From: Candidatus Latescibacterota bacterium
GTDB taxonomy: Bacteria; Latescibacterota; UBA2968; UBA8231
Length of the DNA: 64,000 nt
NCBI GenBank assembly: GCA_965215195.1
Contig: CBDCDC010000002.1
Span: 4,640,001-4,704,000, forward strand
Direction: 5' to 3'
Positions within the stretch are counted from its first letter, which is position 1, and the number at the start of each line of letters is the position of its first letter. The position numbers were made by a program, and so were the translations under genes. This document shows, one piece after another, positions 39,273 through 48,755 of the stretch. The notes under the pieces were generated by a model, which made no database searches, was not told where the DNA came from, and worked only from the letters and a program-made list of their open reading frames with translations.

Positions 39273-39292
39273 AGCTGTTAGGAGGCTCGCGA
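39273..39292 (+). repeat. Direct repeat 4b (includes the DUF433 RBS)
   Basis: Match to 38771-38790. Confidence 0.7.
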
Positions 39293-39294
39293 CA

Positions 39295-39519
39295 ATGCAT
39301 AGGGCGTGGAAAGACTACATTGAGAGCACTGCGGACGTGCTGCGCGGGAAACCGCGTATCAAGAATACGCGAATACCTGTGGCTTTGGTGCTCGGCTACT
39401 TGGCGGATGGTTATTCCGCCGACCAAATCATAGCCGAATTTCCGGATCTGACGACCGAGAGCGTCGCCGCCTGCTTGGATTATGCCCGTGAATTGGCGAA
39501 TTTTGAAGTAGCTGCCTGA
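39295..39519 (+). CDS. DUF433 antitoxin-like protein
   Basis: GKPRIKNTRIPV..LA.G...I..EFP.LT...V.ACL.YA. Confidence 0.9.
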   Translation: MHRAWKDYIESTADVLRGKPRIKNTRIPVALVLGYLADGYSADQIIAEFPDLTTESVAACLDYARELANFEVAA

Positions 39520-39881
39520 TGGCGGCCGTTTTCTTTGCTGACCATTGCGTACCGACGGTGGCCATAGATGATCTAAGACAAGCAGGCTATGAAGTACTTG
39601 TATTAAAGGATCACCTCCCGACTGCATCGCCTGATGAGGTCGTCATCGCTGAAGCCGGGAGGCTTGGAGCGGTGCTGCTATCGCTTGATGGAGACTTCGC
39701 AGACATAGTGCGCTTTCCGCCGAGCAACTACCGTGGAATTATTGGACTACAGGTCAAAAATCACCCAAGAGTCATCCCACACATCATGTCCCGTCTCCTC
39801 GATTTCCTTTCGAGTCAGGAAGGGTCCGATATCAATGGCAAACTGATTCTCGTAGAACCAGACAGAATCAGAATTCGCTGA
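39519..39881 (+). CDS. DUF5615 PIN-like toxin
   Basis: FFADHCVP, D..V..A, LLSLDGDF; overlaps the DUF433 stop. Confidence 0.85.
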   Translation: MAAVFFADHCVPTVAIDDLRQAGYEVLVLKDHLPTASPDEVVIAEAGRLGAVLLSLDGDFADIVRFPPSNYRGIIGLQVKNHPRVIPHIMSRLLDFLSSQEGSDINGKLILVEPDRIRIR

Positions 39882-40024
39882 TATACAAGACTTGAGCTTA
39901 ACCGCCTCGCCGGCTCTGTTCATGTTCGCTGGGATGCGGCCGATTGCGGACATTGTCTCCTTGACACCCTACGATAGTACCTTTCATTCACACCCTCCAT
40001 TCTTCCTTATCTCGCGGGGATACC

Positions 40025-40918
40025 ATGTCGCAGGCAACAGATGATTTGAGGGGCAGCTTGGTCGCCTTGGTGACGCCGATGACCGCATCGGGGGCCATCG
40101 ACTGGGCGGCACTGGATGGCTTGGTGGATTGGCACTTAGCGTCCGGGACCCACGGCATTGTGCCGGTGGGCACCACCGGCGAATCGGCCACCCTGACCCA
40201 CGCCGAACACAAGCAAGTGATCGCATCAGTAGTGCGCCAGGTGGACGGCCGCGTGCCGGTGGTCGCAGGCACCGGTGCCAACGCGACGGCCGAGGCCATC
40301 GAATTCACCCGGGCGGCGCAGGGCGACGGTGCCGACTATTGCCTGTCGGTGACGCCGTACTACAACAAGCCGACTCAGGAGGGCCTTTACCGGCACTATT
40401 GCGCCATCGCCGAGGCCGTGGACTTGCCGATGGTCCTCTACAATGTGCCGCCGCGCACGGCGTGCGACATGCAGGCCGAAACTGTGGCTCGGCTGTCTGC
40501 TGTCGATTCGATCGTCGGCATCAAGGAAGCGTGTGGCGACCCCAGCCGCGTCGCCGAGATCAAGGCGCTGGTGACCGACGACTTTGTCTTGCTGTCCGGC
40601 GAGGACGCACAGACGCTCACTATGGCGGGCCACGGTGCCGTCGGGGCGATTTCAGTGACCGCCAATGTCTTGCCGGCCGCCATGGTCGAATTCTGCCAAG
40701 CGTTCATCGACGGCGATGACGACAAGGCCCGCGAGTTGGATGCCAAGCTCCAGCCGATTCACGAGGCCCTGTTCATGGAGACGAGCCCCATCCCAACGAA
40801 ATGGGCGCTCAATGCCATGGGCAGGATTGACGTCGGTATCCGCCTGCCGCTGGTGGAACTGACGGCTCCCGTGCAGGACGAAGTACGCAAACGACTGGCG
40901 ACTTTGGGCGCACTTTAA
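40025..40918 (+). CDS. dapA: 4-hydroxy-tetrahydrodipicolinate synthase
   Basis: ALVTP, GTTGES, PYYNKPTQEG, LYNVP.RT, GIKEA, LSGED, SPIP.K. Confidence 0.93.
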   Translation: MSQATDDLRGSLVALVTPMTASGAIDWAALDGLVDWHLASGTHGIVPVGTTGESATLTHAEHKQVIASVVRQVDGRVPVVAGTGANATAEAIEFTRAAQGDGADYCLSVTPYYNKPTQEGLYRHYCAIAEAVDLPMVLYNVPPRTACDMQAETVARLSAVDSIVGIKEACGDPSRVAEIKALVTDDFVLLSGEDAQTLTMAGHGAVGAISVTANVLPAAMVEFCQAFIDGDDDKARELDAKLQPIHEALFMETSPIPTKWALNAMGRIDVGIRLPLVELTAPVQDEVRKRLATLGAL

Positions 40919-41008
40919 CGACCGAATCTGAAGGGATTCGGTGAGTGCGCTTTCGACAAGTCTTGCCCGCCCCGCAATTTCGTTCTATTACTTTTATCCG
41001 AGGGAAAA

Positions 41009-42037
41009 ATGAATTTACATAACGAGAGCAATTCTTATTACCAACTCTGGAAAATTAGCGTTGGTGCTGAAGCCCAAGATGTACTGGCTTGTGCCCTTGA
41101 ACTGGGGCTATTCACTCGACTAGCTGACGGTTCCAAGACCATTGCCGAGATCGCCGAACAGATGGGTATCCAGCTACGGCCTGCCGAGGTTCTCGCTGTA
41201 ACCTGTGCAGCAATAGGCGTATTAAAAAAAGATGGGGCTCGCTATGCAAATGTTAGTGCCATGGAGGAATTTCTCGTGGAGGGCAAAGCACTCTACAATC
41301 AATATACTGCTTTTGGGCGAGCTGGTTATGTCGATCCTGAGCGCGGCGCTAAGATCAAAGAAGCCATTCTCACAGATAGACCCCAAAAAGGAGCTGGCTG
41401 GCTGGACACCGCAACGGGTAAGAACCGCCCCTCTATGGCCTTTTATCCCAAACGCCATCATCTGCGCATCATCTGGGGCGACTGTGTGGCGCAAGCGTTC
41501 GATTTTTCTACGTACAGAAAGATAGTCGATCTCGGTGGAGCCACAGGAGGGCATTTAGTGGGCATCGCGAGACGCTACCCCCACTTAGAAGCTATCATCT
41601 TCGACTTGGAATATAATCGTCAGGGGGCAGAAGAAGGTCTTGCTCAGACGGATTCTTCGGGAAAAATCGCATTCCAAACAGGTAATTTCTTTGCAGACAC
41701 CTATCCCCCAAAGACCGATGTATTTTTTATGTCGCATGTTCTACACGACTGGGGACGCGATCGCTGTATGTGTATTCTGCAGCGATGCTATGAAGCTCTA
41801 CCTGAAGGTGGTGTAGCTATTGCAACGGAGTTTCTCCTCAATGAAGAGAAGACGGGTCCTCTGCTAGCCGCATTCCAGGGACTACATGTTTTTTACAACA
41901 ACATTGAGGCCAAACAGTGGACTGGCTCCGAGATTCAACAAATGATGTCAGAAGCAGGTTTTCAAGACCTGGAGATCCGCCCTATAGATCCTGAACAGAG
42001 TATTGTTATCGGATGGAAGAGGGGATGCAGTCCATAA
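41009..42037 (+). CDS. O-methyltransferase (Methyltransf_2 with dimerisation domain)
   Basis: ALELGLF, VDLGGATG, GNFF, SHVLHDW; lower GC than flanks. Confidence 0.87.
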   Translation: MNLHNESNSYYQLWKISVGAEAQDVLACALELGLFTRLADGSKTIAEIAEQMGIQLRPAEVLAVTCAAIGVLKKDGARYANVSAMEEFLVEGKALYNQYTAFGRAGYVDPERGAKIKEAILTDRPQKGAGWLDTATGKNRPSMAFYPKRHHLRIIWGDCVAQAFDFSTYRKIVDLGGATGGHLVGIARRYPHLEAIIFDLEYNRQGAEEGLAQTDSSGKIAFQTGNFFADTYPPKTDVFFMSHVLHDWGRDRCMCILQRCYEALPEGGVAIATEFLLNEEKTGPLLAAFQGLHVFYNNIEAKQWTGSEIQQMMSEAGFQDLEIRPIDPEQSIVIGWKRGCSP

Positions 42038-42041
42038 CGCA

Positions 42042-42093
42042 ATGACACAGGACATAAGAATCTGCTTTATTGGCGATTCATTGGTTAATGGTA
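42042..42093 (+). pseudogene. 5' remnant of GDSL/SGNH hydrolase interrupted by IS701
   Basis: MTQDIRICFIGDSLVNG contains the block I GDSL motif; the IS begins immediately after. Confidence 0.7.
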
Positions 42094-43164
42094 TAGGACT
42101 TACGCAGTTGGATAGTTTAGGATAAGATAAAGGCTATTCCCCCTCCACCGCGAGCCCGTCCGATGAACCCAGCCAAGTGTGCCGACCACGACTACATCCA
42201 CTTCCTGATCGCCGCTCAGAGTGTCTTCAGTTGTACCGAGGCCGCCCGCTGTCATCCGGAGGATGGCCCTCCTGTGTCCCATGACGCTTTCACGCGCCTG
42301 CTGACAAGACAGCCTCCCGATACCGAGGCGTTGTGGCAAGAGACCCAAGGGCTGGTTCGCCTCCAAGGCGGCGTGTTAGTGCTGGACGATTCCACCTTGG
42401 ACAAGCCCTATGCCAAGCGGATCGAACTGGTGACGCGCCATTGGAGTGGCACCCATCACCGGGTAGTCTGGGGCATCAACCTTATAAGTATGGTCTGGTC
42501 GGACGGCCATGCTTGCATTCCCTGCGACTTCCGCGTCTATGACAAGCCTATCGGGGGCCACAATAAGAACGAGCACTTCCGGGCGATGCTGGCCAGCGCC
42601 CAAGCGCGCGGCTTTCAGCCGGCGTGCGTGGTGTTCGATAGCTGGTATGCGTCCCTGGACAACCTCAAGCGGATTCGCTCCTACGAGTGGGCTTGGCTGA
42701 CGCGCCTCAAGGCCAACCGACAGGTCAACCCGGAGGGGAGCGGCAACGTGGCGATCCGCTCGGTGGCTATCGGACCGGAGGGCCGGCGGGTACATCTCAA
42801 AGGCTATGGGTTCATCAAGGTATTTCGGACGGTCTCGGCAAACGGAGACGCGCACTACTGGGCAACCAACGACCTAGAGATGGCAGTCAGCCGGTTTGAG
42901 GCATGGTCCAAGCGGGCGTGGTCCATTGAGACGTATCACCGAGGCCTCAAGCAGTGCTGCGGCGTTGAGCAGGCGCAGGTTCGGTCGGCCCGGGCGCAGA
43001 GAAATCATATCGCGTTGTCGATCCGCGCCTTCGTGCGGTTGGAGGTGCATAGACTCCAAACCGGCGTTAGTTGGTATGAAGCCAAAAGGGACATCATCCG
43101 ACAGGCCGTCCAGCGGTATCTGCAACGACCATTGCACAGGCTCAGTTCAACTGCGTAAGTCCTA
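42094..43164 (+). mobile_element. IS701-family insertion sequence
   Basis: Perfect 17-bp TIRs TAGGACTTACGCAGTTG / CAACTGCGTAAGTCCTA; flanking 5-bp direct repeat TGGTA. Confidence 0.92.
42163..43158 (+). CDS. IS701-family DDE transposase
   Basis: SHDAFTRLL, LDDSTLDKPY, VFDSWY, WSIETYHRGLKQCCG. Confidence 0.92.
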   Translation: MNPAKCADHDYIHFLIAAQSVFSCTEAARCHPEDGPPVSHDAFTRLLTRQPPDTEALWQETQGLVRLQGGVLVLDDSTLDKPYAKRIELVTRHWSGTHHRVVWGINLISMVWSDGHACIPCDFRVYDKPIGGHNKNEHFRAMLASAQARGFQPACVVFDSWYASLDNLKRIRSYEWAWLTRLKANRQVNPEGSGNVAIRSVAIGPEGRRVHLKGYGFIKVFRTVSANGDAHYWATNDLEMAVSRFEAWSKRAWSIETYHRGLKQCCGVEQAQVRSARAQRNHIALSIRAFVRLEVHRLQTGVSWYEAKRDIIRQAVQRYLQRPLHRLSSTA

Positions 43165-43170
43165 TGGTAC

Positions 43171-44334
43171 TTAATCGATCCCCAGCGCTTGGTCAATCTC
43201 GGCTTGGTAGCCCTCCAAGTCGCCGCGCTCGATCTCGGCCAAGCTCACCGGCCGGTTAAACCACTCCGACTCAAAGATCGCCATGCAAATCGCCTGCGAG
43301 CGATAGCCGTTTAGGCCGTCCACTTCGGGCGCACCCTGTCCTCGCACCGCATCGGCGAAATCCTTCAACTCGGTTGCGATGGGATTTTCCACTCCTCTGG
43401 GGAACAGCCGCTCGCGCTCGTCTTCTGCGAGGCTGCTTTGATGCGCCTCGACCAAGGCCTCGTTAGACGTGTTCTCACCGGCGCGCGTCCACAGCCCGCT
43501 CTCCCAGTCGATGCAGCCTTCGCTGCCGTAGAGGACGCGCTTGCTGAAGTCCTGTCCCGGGGCTGAACCTTGCCAAGTCCACTGCACCACCGCACCGCCA
43601 TCAAAGTCAATCAGCGCCATCGCGCAGTCCTCCACATCCACTGGCCAAGCCCCCTCGCGCTCGACTGGCTCGTCGTAGCGATACGGCTCAAAGCCATGTA
43701 CCCGCGCCACTACCTGCCGCGCCTCAGCCCCCAAGTGATAGCGGAACAAATCGGCAAAATGCACGCCCCCGTCGAGTATCCAGCCAGCCCCGGCATCGCG
43801 CTTGAAGTTGCGCCAGCCCCACTTGCCCAACCGCAAGCCCGCTTCCTGCCAATAGAAGGTGCGCGGTCGGCCAATCCGCCCGCTGGCCACGGCCCAAGCT
43901 CTGGCCCGCTCCTGCGGCGAGCGGCGGTAGTTTTCCGCTACCGCGAGCTGACAGCGGTTATCCACGGCGGCATTGAGTATTTTGCGGCCGGCGCGCAGGG
44001 TAATTGCCAGCGGCTTTTCGATTATCACGTGCTTGCCCGCCTCCAAGCAGGCCACGGCGAGGATGTGATGTTGCGAGTGCAAGGCGCAGATGTCCACCGC
44101 GTCGAGATCTTCCATGTGCGCGAGCATCCTCTGCACGTCGGTATAGATGGCCGGCTTGTGCGCTTGGAACTCGGCGATTTCTTTGGCCCGCTGTTGCGCC
44201 TGCGCCTCCACCAAGTCGCAACAGGCCACCACCTGAATGTCGTCAATCCCGGCCTGCGCCAATTCCTGCAAGCCGCGCACGTGCGCCCCGGCCATGCCTC
44301 CACAGCCCACGAGGGCCAACTGCAACTGTTCCAT
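43171..44334 (-). CDS. Gfo/Idh/MocA oxidoreductase
   Basis: VGCGGM, GKHVIIEKP, AENYR, DGGVH. Confidence 0.9.
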   Translation of the reverse strand: MEQLQLALVGCGGMAGAHVRGLQELAQAGIDDIQVVACCDLVEAQAQQRAKEIAEFQAHKPAIYTDVQRMLAHMEDLDAVDICALHSQHHILAVACLEAGKHVIIEKPLAITLRAGRKILNAAVDNRCQLAVAENYRRSPQERARAWAVASGRIGRPRTFYWQEAGLRLGKWGWRNFKRDAGAGWILDGGVHFADLFRYHLGAEARQVVARVHGFEPYRYDEPVEREGAWPVDVEDCAMALIDFDGGAVVQWTWQGSAPGQDFSKRVLYGSEGCIDWESGLWTRAGENTSNEALVEAHQSSLAEDERERLFPRGVENPIATELKDFADAVRGQGAPEVDGLNGYRSQAICMAIFESEWFNRPVSLAEIERGDLEGYQAEIDQALGID

Positions 44335-46235
44335 TATGCGGTTCTCCTAGTTGGAATAATCGGCAACACCACGTGCGAGGCCTGCGCCGCATTGTGGTGA
44401 ATTCTGTTGTCTGCTCCCTGGCGTCGTCGCTCCTGTCCGATGGGGTCGCCGGTGTTGGGATTGACGTCAAAGCGGGGAAAGTTCGAGCTGGAAATGTCGA
44501 GGCGGATCTGATGCCCGGCGGCAAACACATTGCTCGTCGGGTAGAGGGTAATCGTCAGTTTGGCGACCTCGCCCGGCGCTAGCAACTCGCCTCTTTCGCG
44601 CCCGTTGCGGTAGCGCAAGCGCGCGATGCTATCGCTCAGGTTGAGCGCGTAGCCATGCGGATACCAGCGACTCGGTGGATAGCAGTCGATCAGCTTGGCG
44701 GTAAAATCCGTATCCGGCACTGACGACGAGACCCACAACCGCACCTCAATCGGCCCGCTTACCTCCACGTCCTCGGCCAGCAGCTCAGTGGTAAAGACCA
44801 ACACATCCGGCCGCGAGCCTAGCGGTAGATAGGGCGGCGCACAGCCGTAAAACTCCGGCCCTTCCACCTGATCGAACCCGCCCGGCACCATCAATTGCTG
44901 CACCCGCGCCCGCCACGGCGCATTGGCCGCAGTGCCCACGCCCTGTGGCAGCGGGCCGATCGCGGAAAGCGACGAGACATTGCCGCCAATGGAGGGGACC
45001 GGATTGGCCGGATCGAAGCGATAGACCGTATCGCCGCCGTCCGCGGCCGGCCGTTCCTTCGACAAGGTTCCGTCGCCGTGCAGATAGTACTGGGTATAGC
45101 GCGTCCGCGCCAACGGCCACTCGGCCTCGTCGCGCCAATGCCCGCCGTGGAAAAGCCGGCCGCTACTAGTGCGATAGCCCCCGCCGCCACCCATGGCGAA
45201 GATCCGCACGGGCGGCGCGCTCGCCTCGCCGTTATCGACTCCCTTGAGTGCCCAGTCGAAGTAGCGCAGATGCAGGTCGCGGAAGTCGTCCAGCGCCGCG
45301 TCCGCGCCAAACTCCACATCGCCGGCAAAGCTCTGCTCCAGCGTTTGCGTCCCGTGCGTCCACGGCCCCATGAGCATCCGCACCGGCCCCTGCTTGCGCC
45401 CTGCCAGCCCCGCGTAATTTTTGCACGTTGAGCGCGTGTACGAATCGTACCAGCCCCCAATGAGCAAAATCGGCACGTCCGGGAAGTCGTTCCAAAAGAG
45501 CACCGGCGCGTAGCTGGGGTGCTGCCAGTACTCGTCGTAGTCGGCCTTAGTCAGCAAGTCCAGTGCCCACTTCTGGTAGGGCGGCACCAACTTGAGCTGG
45601 GTCTGTCCCTTGCGGATCGGCATCCGCGTAAGCCAGTCGGCAAAGGTCGGCGCACCTATGTTTAGGGCCGCATCAACCGCTGGGTCGGCTTTTAGTGTGC
45701 GCTGCGTGTTGGCCGCTGAATGCCAAAACGCCCACGCCAAAAACCGCAGCTCCAGTGCGCCTCCGTGCCGCACTGAAGACTCGTGCGCGTCGGCCCCACT
45801 CATGTTGACCACCATGGCCTTGAGATTTGTCGGCCCCAACGCCGCCATTGCCGTCTGCGTCCAGCCGGACCACGAGGTCCCCCACGACCCCACCTTGCCG
45901 TTGCTCCACGGCTGCTGGTCGATCCACTGCAAGGCGTCGTACCCGTCTTCGGCTTCGGGCAAGAGGAAGTTCACATCCCCCGCGGACTGGAAGGTTCCCC
46001 GGCAGTCCTGATAGACGGCCACGTACCCGCGCTGGGCGAAAAACCGGCCATAGTTACCATTGCGCTCCACGTCGCTTTTGTCGTAGGGCGTGCGGTGAAA
46101 AATTGCGGGAAATTTTCCGGGCACCGGCTGCCCAGCGCGGCCGGGGAAATACAAGTCGGTCGCTAAGCGGACGCCATCCCGCATTGCTACCATCACGTCT
46201 TTTTCCACTACCACGTCGTAACAATCGTTGGCCAT
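44334..46235 (-). CDS. CocE/NonD family serine hydrolase
   Basis: MRDGVRLATD, RTPY, QDCRG, WSNGKVG..GTSWSG, GWYD, GPWTH, SSSNFPRFD. Confidence 0.92.
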   Translation of the reverse strand: MANDCYDVVVEKDVMVAMRDGVRLATDLYFPGRAGQPVPGKFPAIFHRTPYDKSDVERNGNYGRFFAQRGYVAVYQDCRGTFQSAGDVNFLLPEAEDGYDALQWIDQQPWSNGKVGSWGTSWSGWTQTAMAALGPTNLKAMVVNMSGADAHESSVRHGGALELRFLAWAFWHSAANTQRTLKADPAVDAALNIGAPTFADWLTRMPIRKGQTQLKLVPPYQKWALDLLTKADYDEYWQHPSYAPVLFWNDFPDVPILLIGGWYDSYTRSTCKNYAGLAGRKQGPVRMLMGPWTHGTQTLEQSFAGDVEFGADAALDDFRDLHLRYFDWALKGVDNGEASAPPVRIFAMGGGGGYRTSSGRLFHGGHWRDEAEWPLARTRYTQYYLHGDGTLSKERPAADGGDTVYRFDPANPVPSIGGNVSSLSAIGPLPQGVGTAANAPWRARVQQLMVPGGFDQVEGPEFYGCAPPYLPLGSRPDVLVFTTELLAEDVEVSGPIEVRLWVSSSVPDTDFTAKLIDCYPPSRWYPHGYALNLSDSIARLRYRNGRERGELLAPGEVAKLTITLYPTSNVFAAGHQIRLDISSSNFPRFDVNPNTGDPIGQERRRQGADNRIHHNAAQASHVVLPIIPTRRTA

Positions 46236-46329
46236 GAGGCGATCTCCTGCTGTTTGTTGCCACCGTGAATGAGCGAATAAAACGAAACTTTATCGCGTGG
46301 TGCCGCAATTAAGCCCGCGTCCCTCTAAA

Positions 46330-48486
46330 TTATCCTCTGTCGGTCAAATAGTTGGCCATCTCTGCAAAAAGGACCAACTGCTCAGAGGGGTCTTGTGTAT
46401 ATAGAACCGCTCCTTGGGCTTTAATCACATCGGCTACGTAGTCGTCAATACGTCTTTCAATAGCGGAAAGGAATGTCTCTTCCTCGTCCAGGTTCCCTAG
46501 GCGGTGGGCTTCGCACAGGAAGCGTCCCATGAGAATCACCTTCGCATCTCCGAGTGAGACGGATATATTAGCCGATTTGAGGGCGCGAATCTGGTCCTCT
46601 GCACTGCGGAGAACGCGAGTAGTATTGGCGACGCGGTGGGCAGCACCGTTCTCTTCCTTGCCACAGATGAGTATTAGGTCCAAATGTATCGGCGTCCTAG
46701 CCTGTTTCAGAGGCGTGGAAACGGACATCTCAGCCTTAATCGGATAAGCCTGTTTGCACACAAATCCGGCATGTCGGATAGCTCTGTGGACACAGGTCCA
46801 CCCTTCGTGCCGAGCATGGTGATAGGAGAATACGAGAAGCCCGCTATGCTTGAGAACGCGGTGGCATTCGGCGAATACGGATGTCAGCTTGTTGGCGAAG
46901 AGAACAGAACTCGTATCTTGGACTTCGTCTTTTCGTCTCGTCGTTTTGGCTTTGGAATAGTCCAAAATCTGGTTCAGCCAGTAAAAGAAAAAATCGGCGA
47001 GCTGGGAGTAGTGAACATTGTCGAAGAATGGGGGATCCGTTACAACGACGTCCACACTGCGGTCTGGAATACTAGTGCGACTTGAATTGCCTTGAGTGAG
47101 GTAAACCGCGTCGTTTCCGTTCTCGGACGAGGCAAACTCGTTGGACACTGGAACGGCGAGCGGCCGATTAATTCCTCCAACTTTAGTGCTCTTTCCCGGT
47201 GTCATGTAGAGCTCGGTTGGATCAGCTTTGTAGGCCAGCGCATTTAGGATGCGAGAGCGGAACAAGGTGGAAAACGATCCAGACGACTTACTCGTACCCC
47301 AGACATTTGCTTCAATCGGCATTGCTTCGGGCTTGAGGACATGGTGTGAAAACATGTGCCGCACGGCTCCTGTTCCCTCTCCCTTGAAAGATGCAAATAG
47401 GTTGTTGAACTCGAGCACTCCAGAGAACAGACAGGCAAAGAGGAGTCTGTGATCGGCGTGGTCAATCTGACGAATAGCCTCTTGAAGGTGGTGAATGCAA
47501 ACGAGCTGCCTAGCGGAAAACAGCTCGTGCCAGAAGCGGTAGTTGTGCTTCAAAATCTGGTTTGTATTGTAACCCGGCGCGATTTCAATCTGAGGGAAGG
47601 AGGAGCGGATAGAAGTAAACTCTTGTGCGATGCGTTCTGCAAGGGCGTCATCAAAAGCATTCGTAGAAGCGTATCGTTTTTGCCCATCCGCGGTGAGAAT
47701 CATCTTGGCGTAGCGGCGATAACCAAGAGGACCCGGCATTGATTTCATCCGCTCGACAAGGCGGAATGTATGGCCGCATGTATAGCATTCGACTTTCGCT
47801 CCTTTTATATTGCCCTGTTGTGGGTTGTACGTCGTACCACAATCTGAGCACTGCGCGGAATCGGCATCGTAGAGCGTCGCATTGACAGCACCGCAACTAG
47901 GACAGAGTGCGCGGGCACTGGCGTCTTTGCGCGGCATGGCGTTCTTTGAGAAAATGCGAGACTTGAAGAGATCGATCTGTTTACTGCATTGTGGACACGA
48001 GACAACCTTGACGAGAAAGTAGTACAGTACGGTTGCCCGGCTGCCCTCTTCTGTACGCGTCTCGAAGTAGTTCAATAGTTTGGGACCGACCGTGCGCTCG
48101 AGGAGTTGGTATGTAGCGATGACTGCGGGCGGATCGTACTTAGTGAAGGCAGCGCGACATGCGAGATACGCGACTGGATTGATATCCTGGCCTAAAGCGG
48201 TACAACCAAGCTTAATCGCTTCTCCTATGGTAACTCCGCTTCCCATGAAAGGGTCAAAAATTACAGTTTCAGCAAAATCGTTCCTCCCGTAAAAGCGCTT
48301 CCAGAAGTCCTCTCCGTCGTCGAGACACGCGCCCAGCAAAATACCCCTAAAAACAGAACCCAACCTACGCGCCCACCATTTGTGGATGTAATAGACTGGA
48401 CGGTGGACTTCTTTTCTCCACGATTCGGCTTCTGCGATTGCAGAGAGACGGGCATAGGGAAAATTTTTCTCTATGAGACGTGGCAT
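46330..48486 (-). CDS. Adenine DNA methyltransferase, DUF1156-like, with zinc ribbons
   Basis: HKWWARR, FDPFMGSG, four CxxC pairs, TDPPF.DNV.Y catalytic motif; lower GC. Confidence 0.85.
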   Translation of the reverse strand: MPRLIEKNFPYARLSAIAEAESWRKEVHRPVYYIHKWWARRLGSVFRGILLGACLDDGEDFWKRFYGRNDFAETVIFDPFMGSGVTIGEAIKLGCTALGQDINPVAYLACRAAFTKYDPPAVIATYQLLERTVGPKLLNYFETRTEEGSRATVLYYFLVKVVSCPQCSKQIDLFKSRIFSKNAMPRKDASARALCPSCGAVNATLYDADSAQCSDCGTTYNPQQGNIKGAKVECYTCGHTFRLVERMKSMPGPLGYRRYAKMILTADGQKRYASTNAFDDALAERIAQEFTSIRSSFPQIEIAPGYNTNQILKHNYRFWHELFSARQLVCIHHLQEAIRQIDHADHRLLFACLFSGVLEFNNLFASFKGEGTGAVRHMFSHHVLKPEAMPIEANVWGTSKSSGSFSTLFRSRILNALAYKADPTELYMTPGKSTKVGGINRPLAVPVSNEFASSENGNDAVYLTQGNSSRTSIPDRSVDVVVTDPPFFDNVHYSQLADFFFYWLNQILDYSKAKTTRRKDEVQDTSSVLFANKLTSVFAECHRVLKHSGLLVFSYHHARHEGWTCVHRAIRHAGFVCKQAYPIKAEMSVSTPLKQARTPIHLDLILICGKEENGAAHRVANTTRVLRSAEDQIRALKSANISVSLGDAKVILMGRFLCEAHRLGNLDEEETFLSAIERRIDDYVADVIKAQGAVLYTQDPSEQLVLFAEMANYLTDRG

Positions 48487-48755
48487 TTTCTATTTCGGTA
48501 GATATGGCATGGCTACTGTGCGCCTTTTTGGCTTGCGTTCTTTGCACACTCTGAAAATGTCTTGACGTACTGGGAGTTTTTCCAATGGAAAAGGTCCCCT
48601 CCCTGCGCTCGTACCTTCTATCACAATATAGTGAAAGGAATTTTGATACTTATCGTCGCGAATAATTAAGTCCGTCCAGGGTACCCATCGTGCAGCAAAG
48701 GATGCCAGTTCATGCTGTTTGACAATAAGAGGGGGACTGCCTCCGTCTCACCGCC

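Noticed and set aside
40025-40918. DapA-family gene as N-acetylneuraminate lyase linked to the sialidase
   Set aside because: Canonical DHDPS motifs (GTTGE, YYNKP, YNVP.RT) and 11 kb from the sialidase
46285-48680. Weak similarity (TATCG..AATTAAG.CC..GTCC) on both sides of the MTase as another flanking duplication
   Set aside because: Too short and gapped to separate from chance
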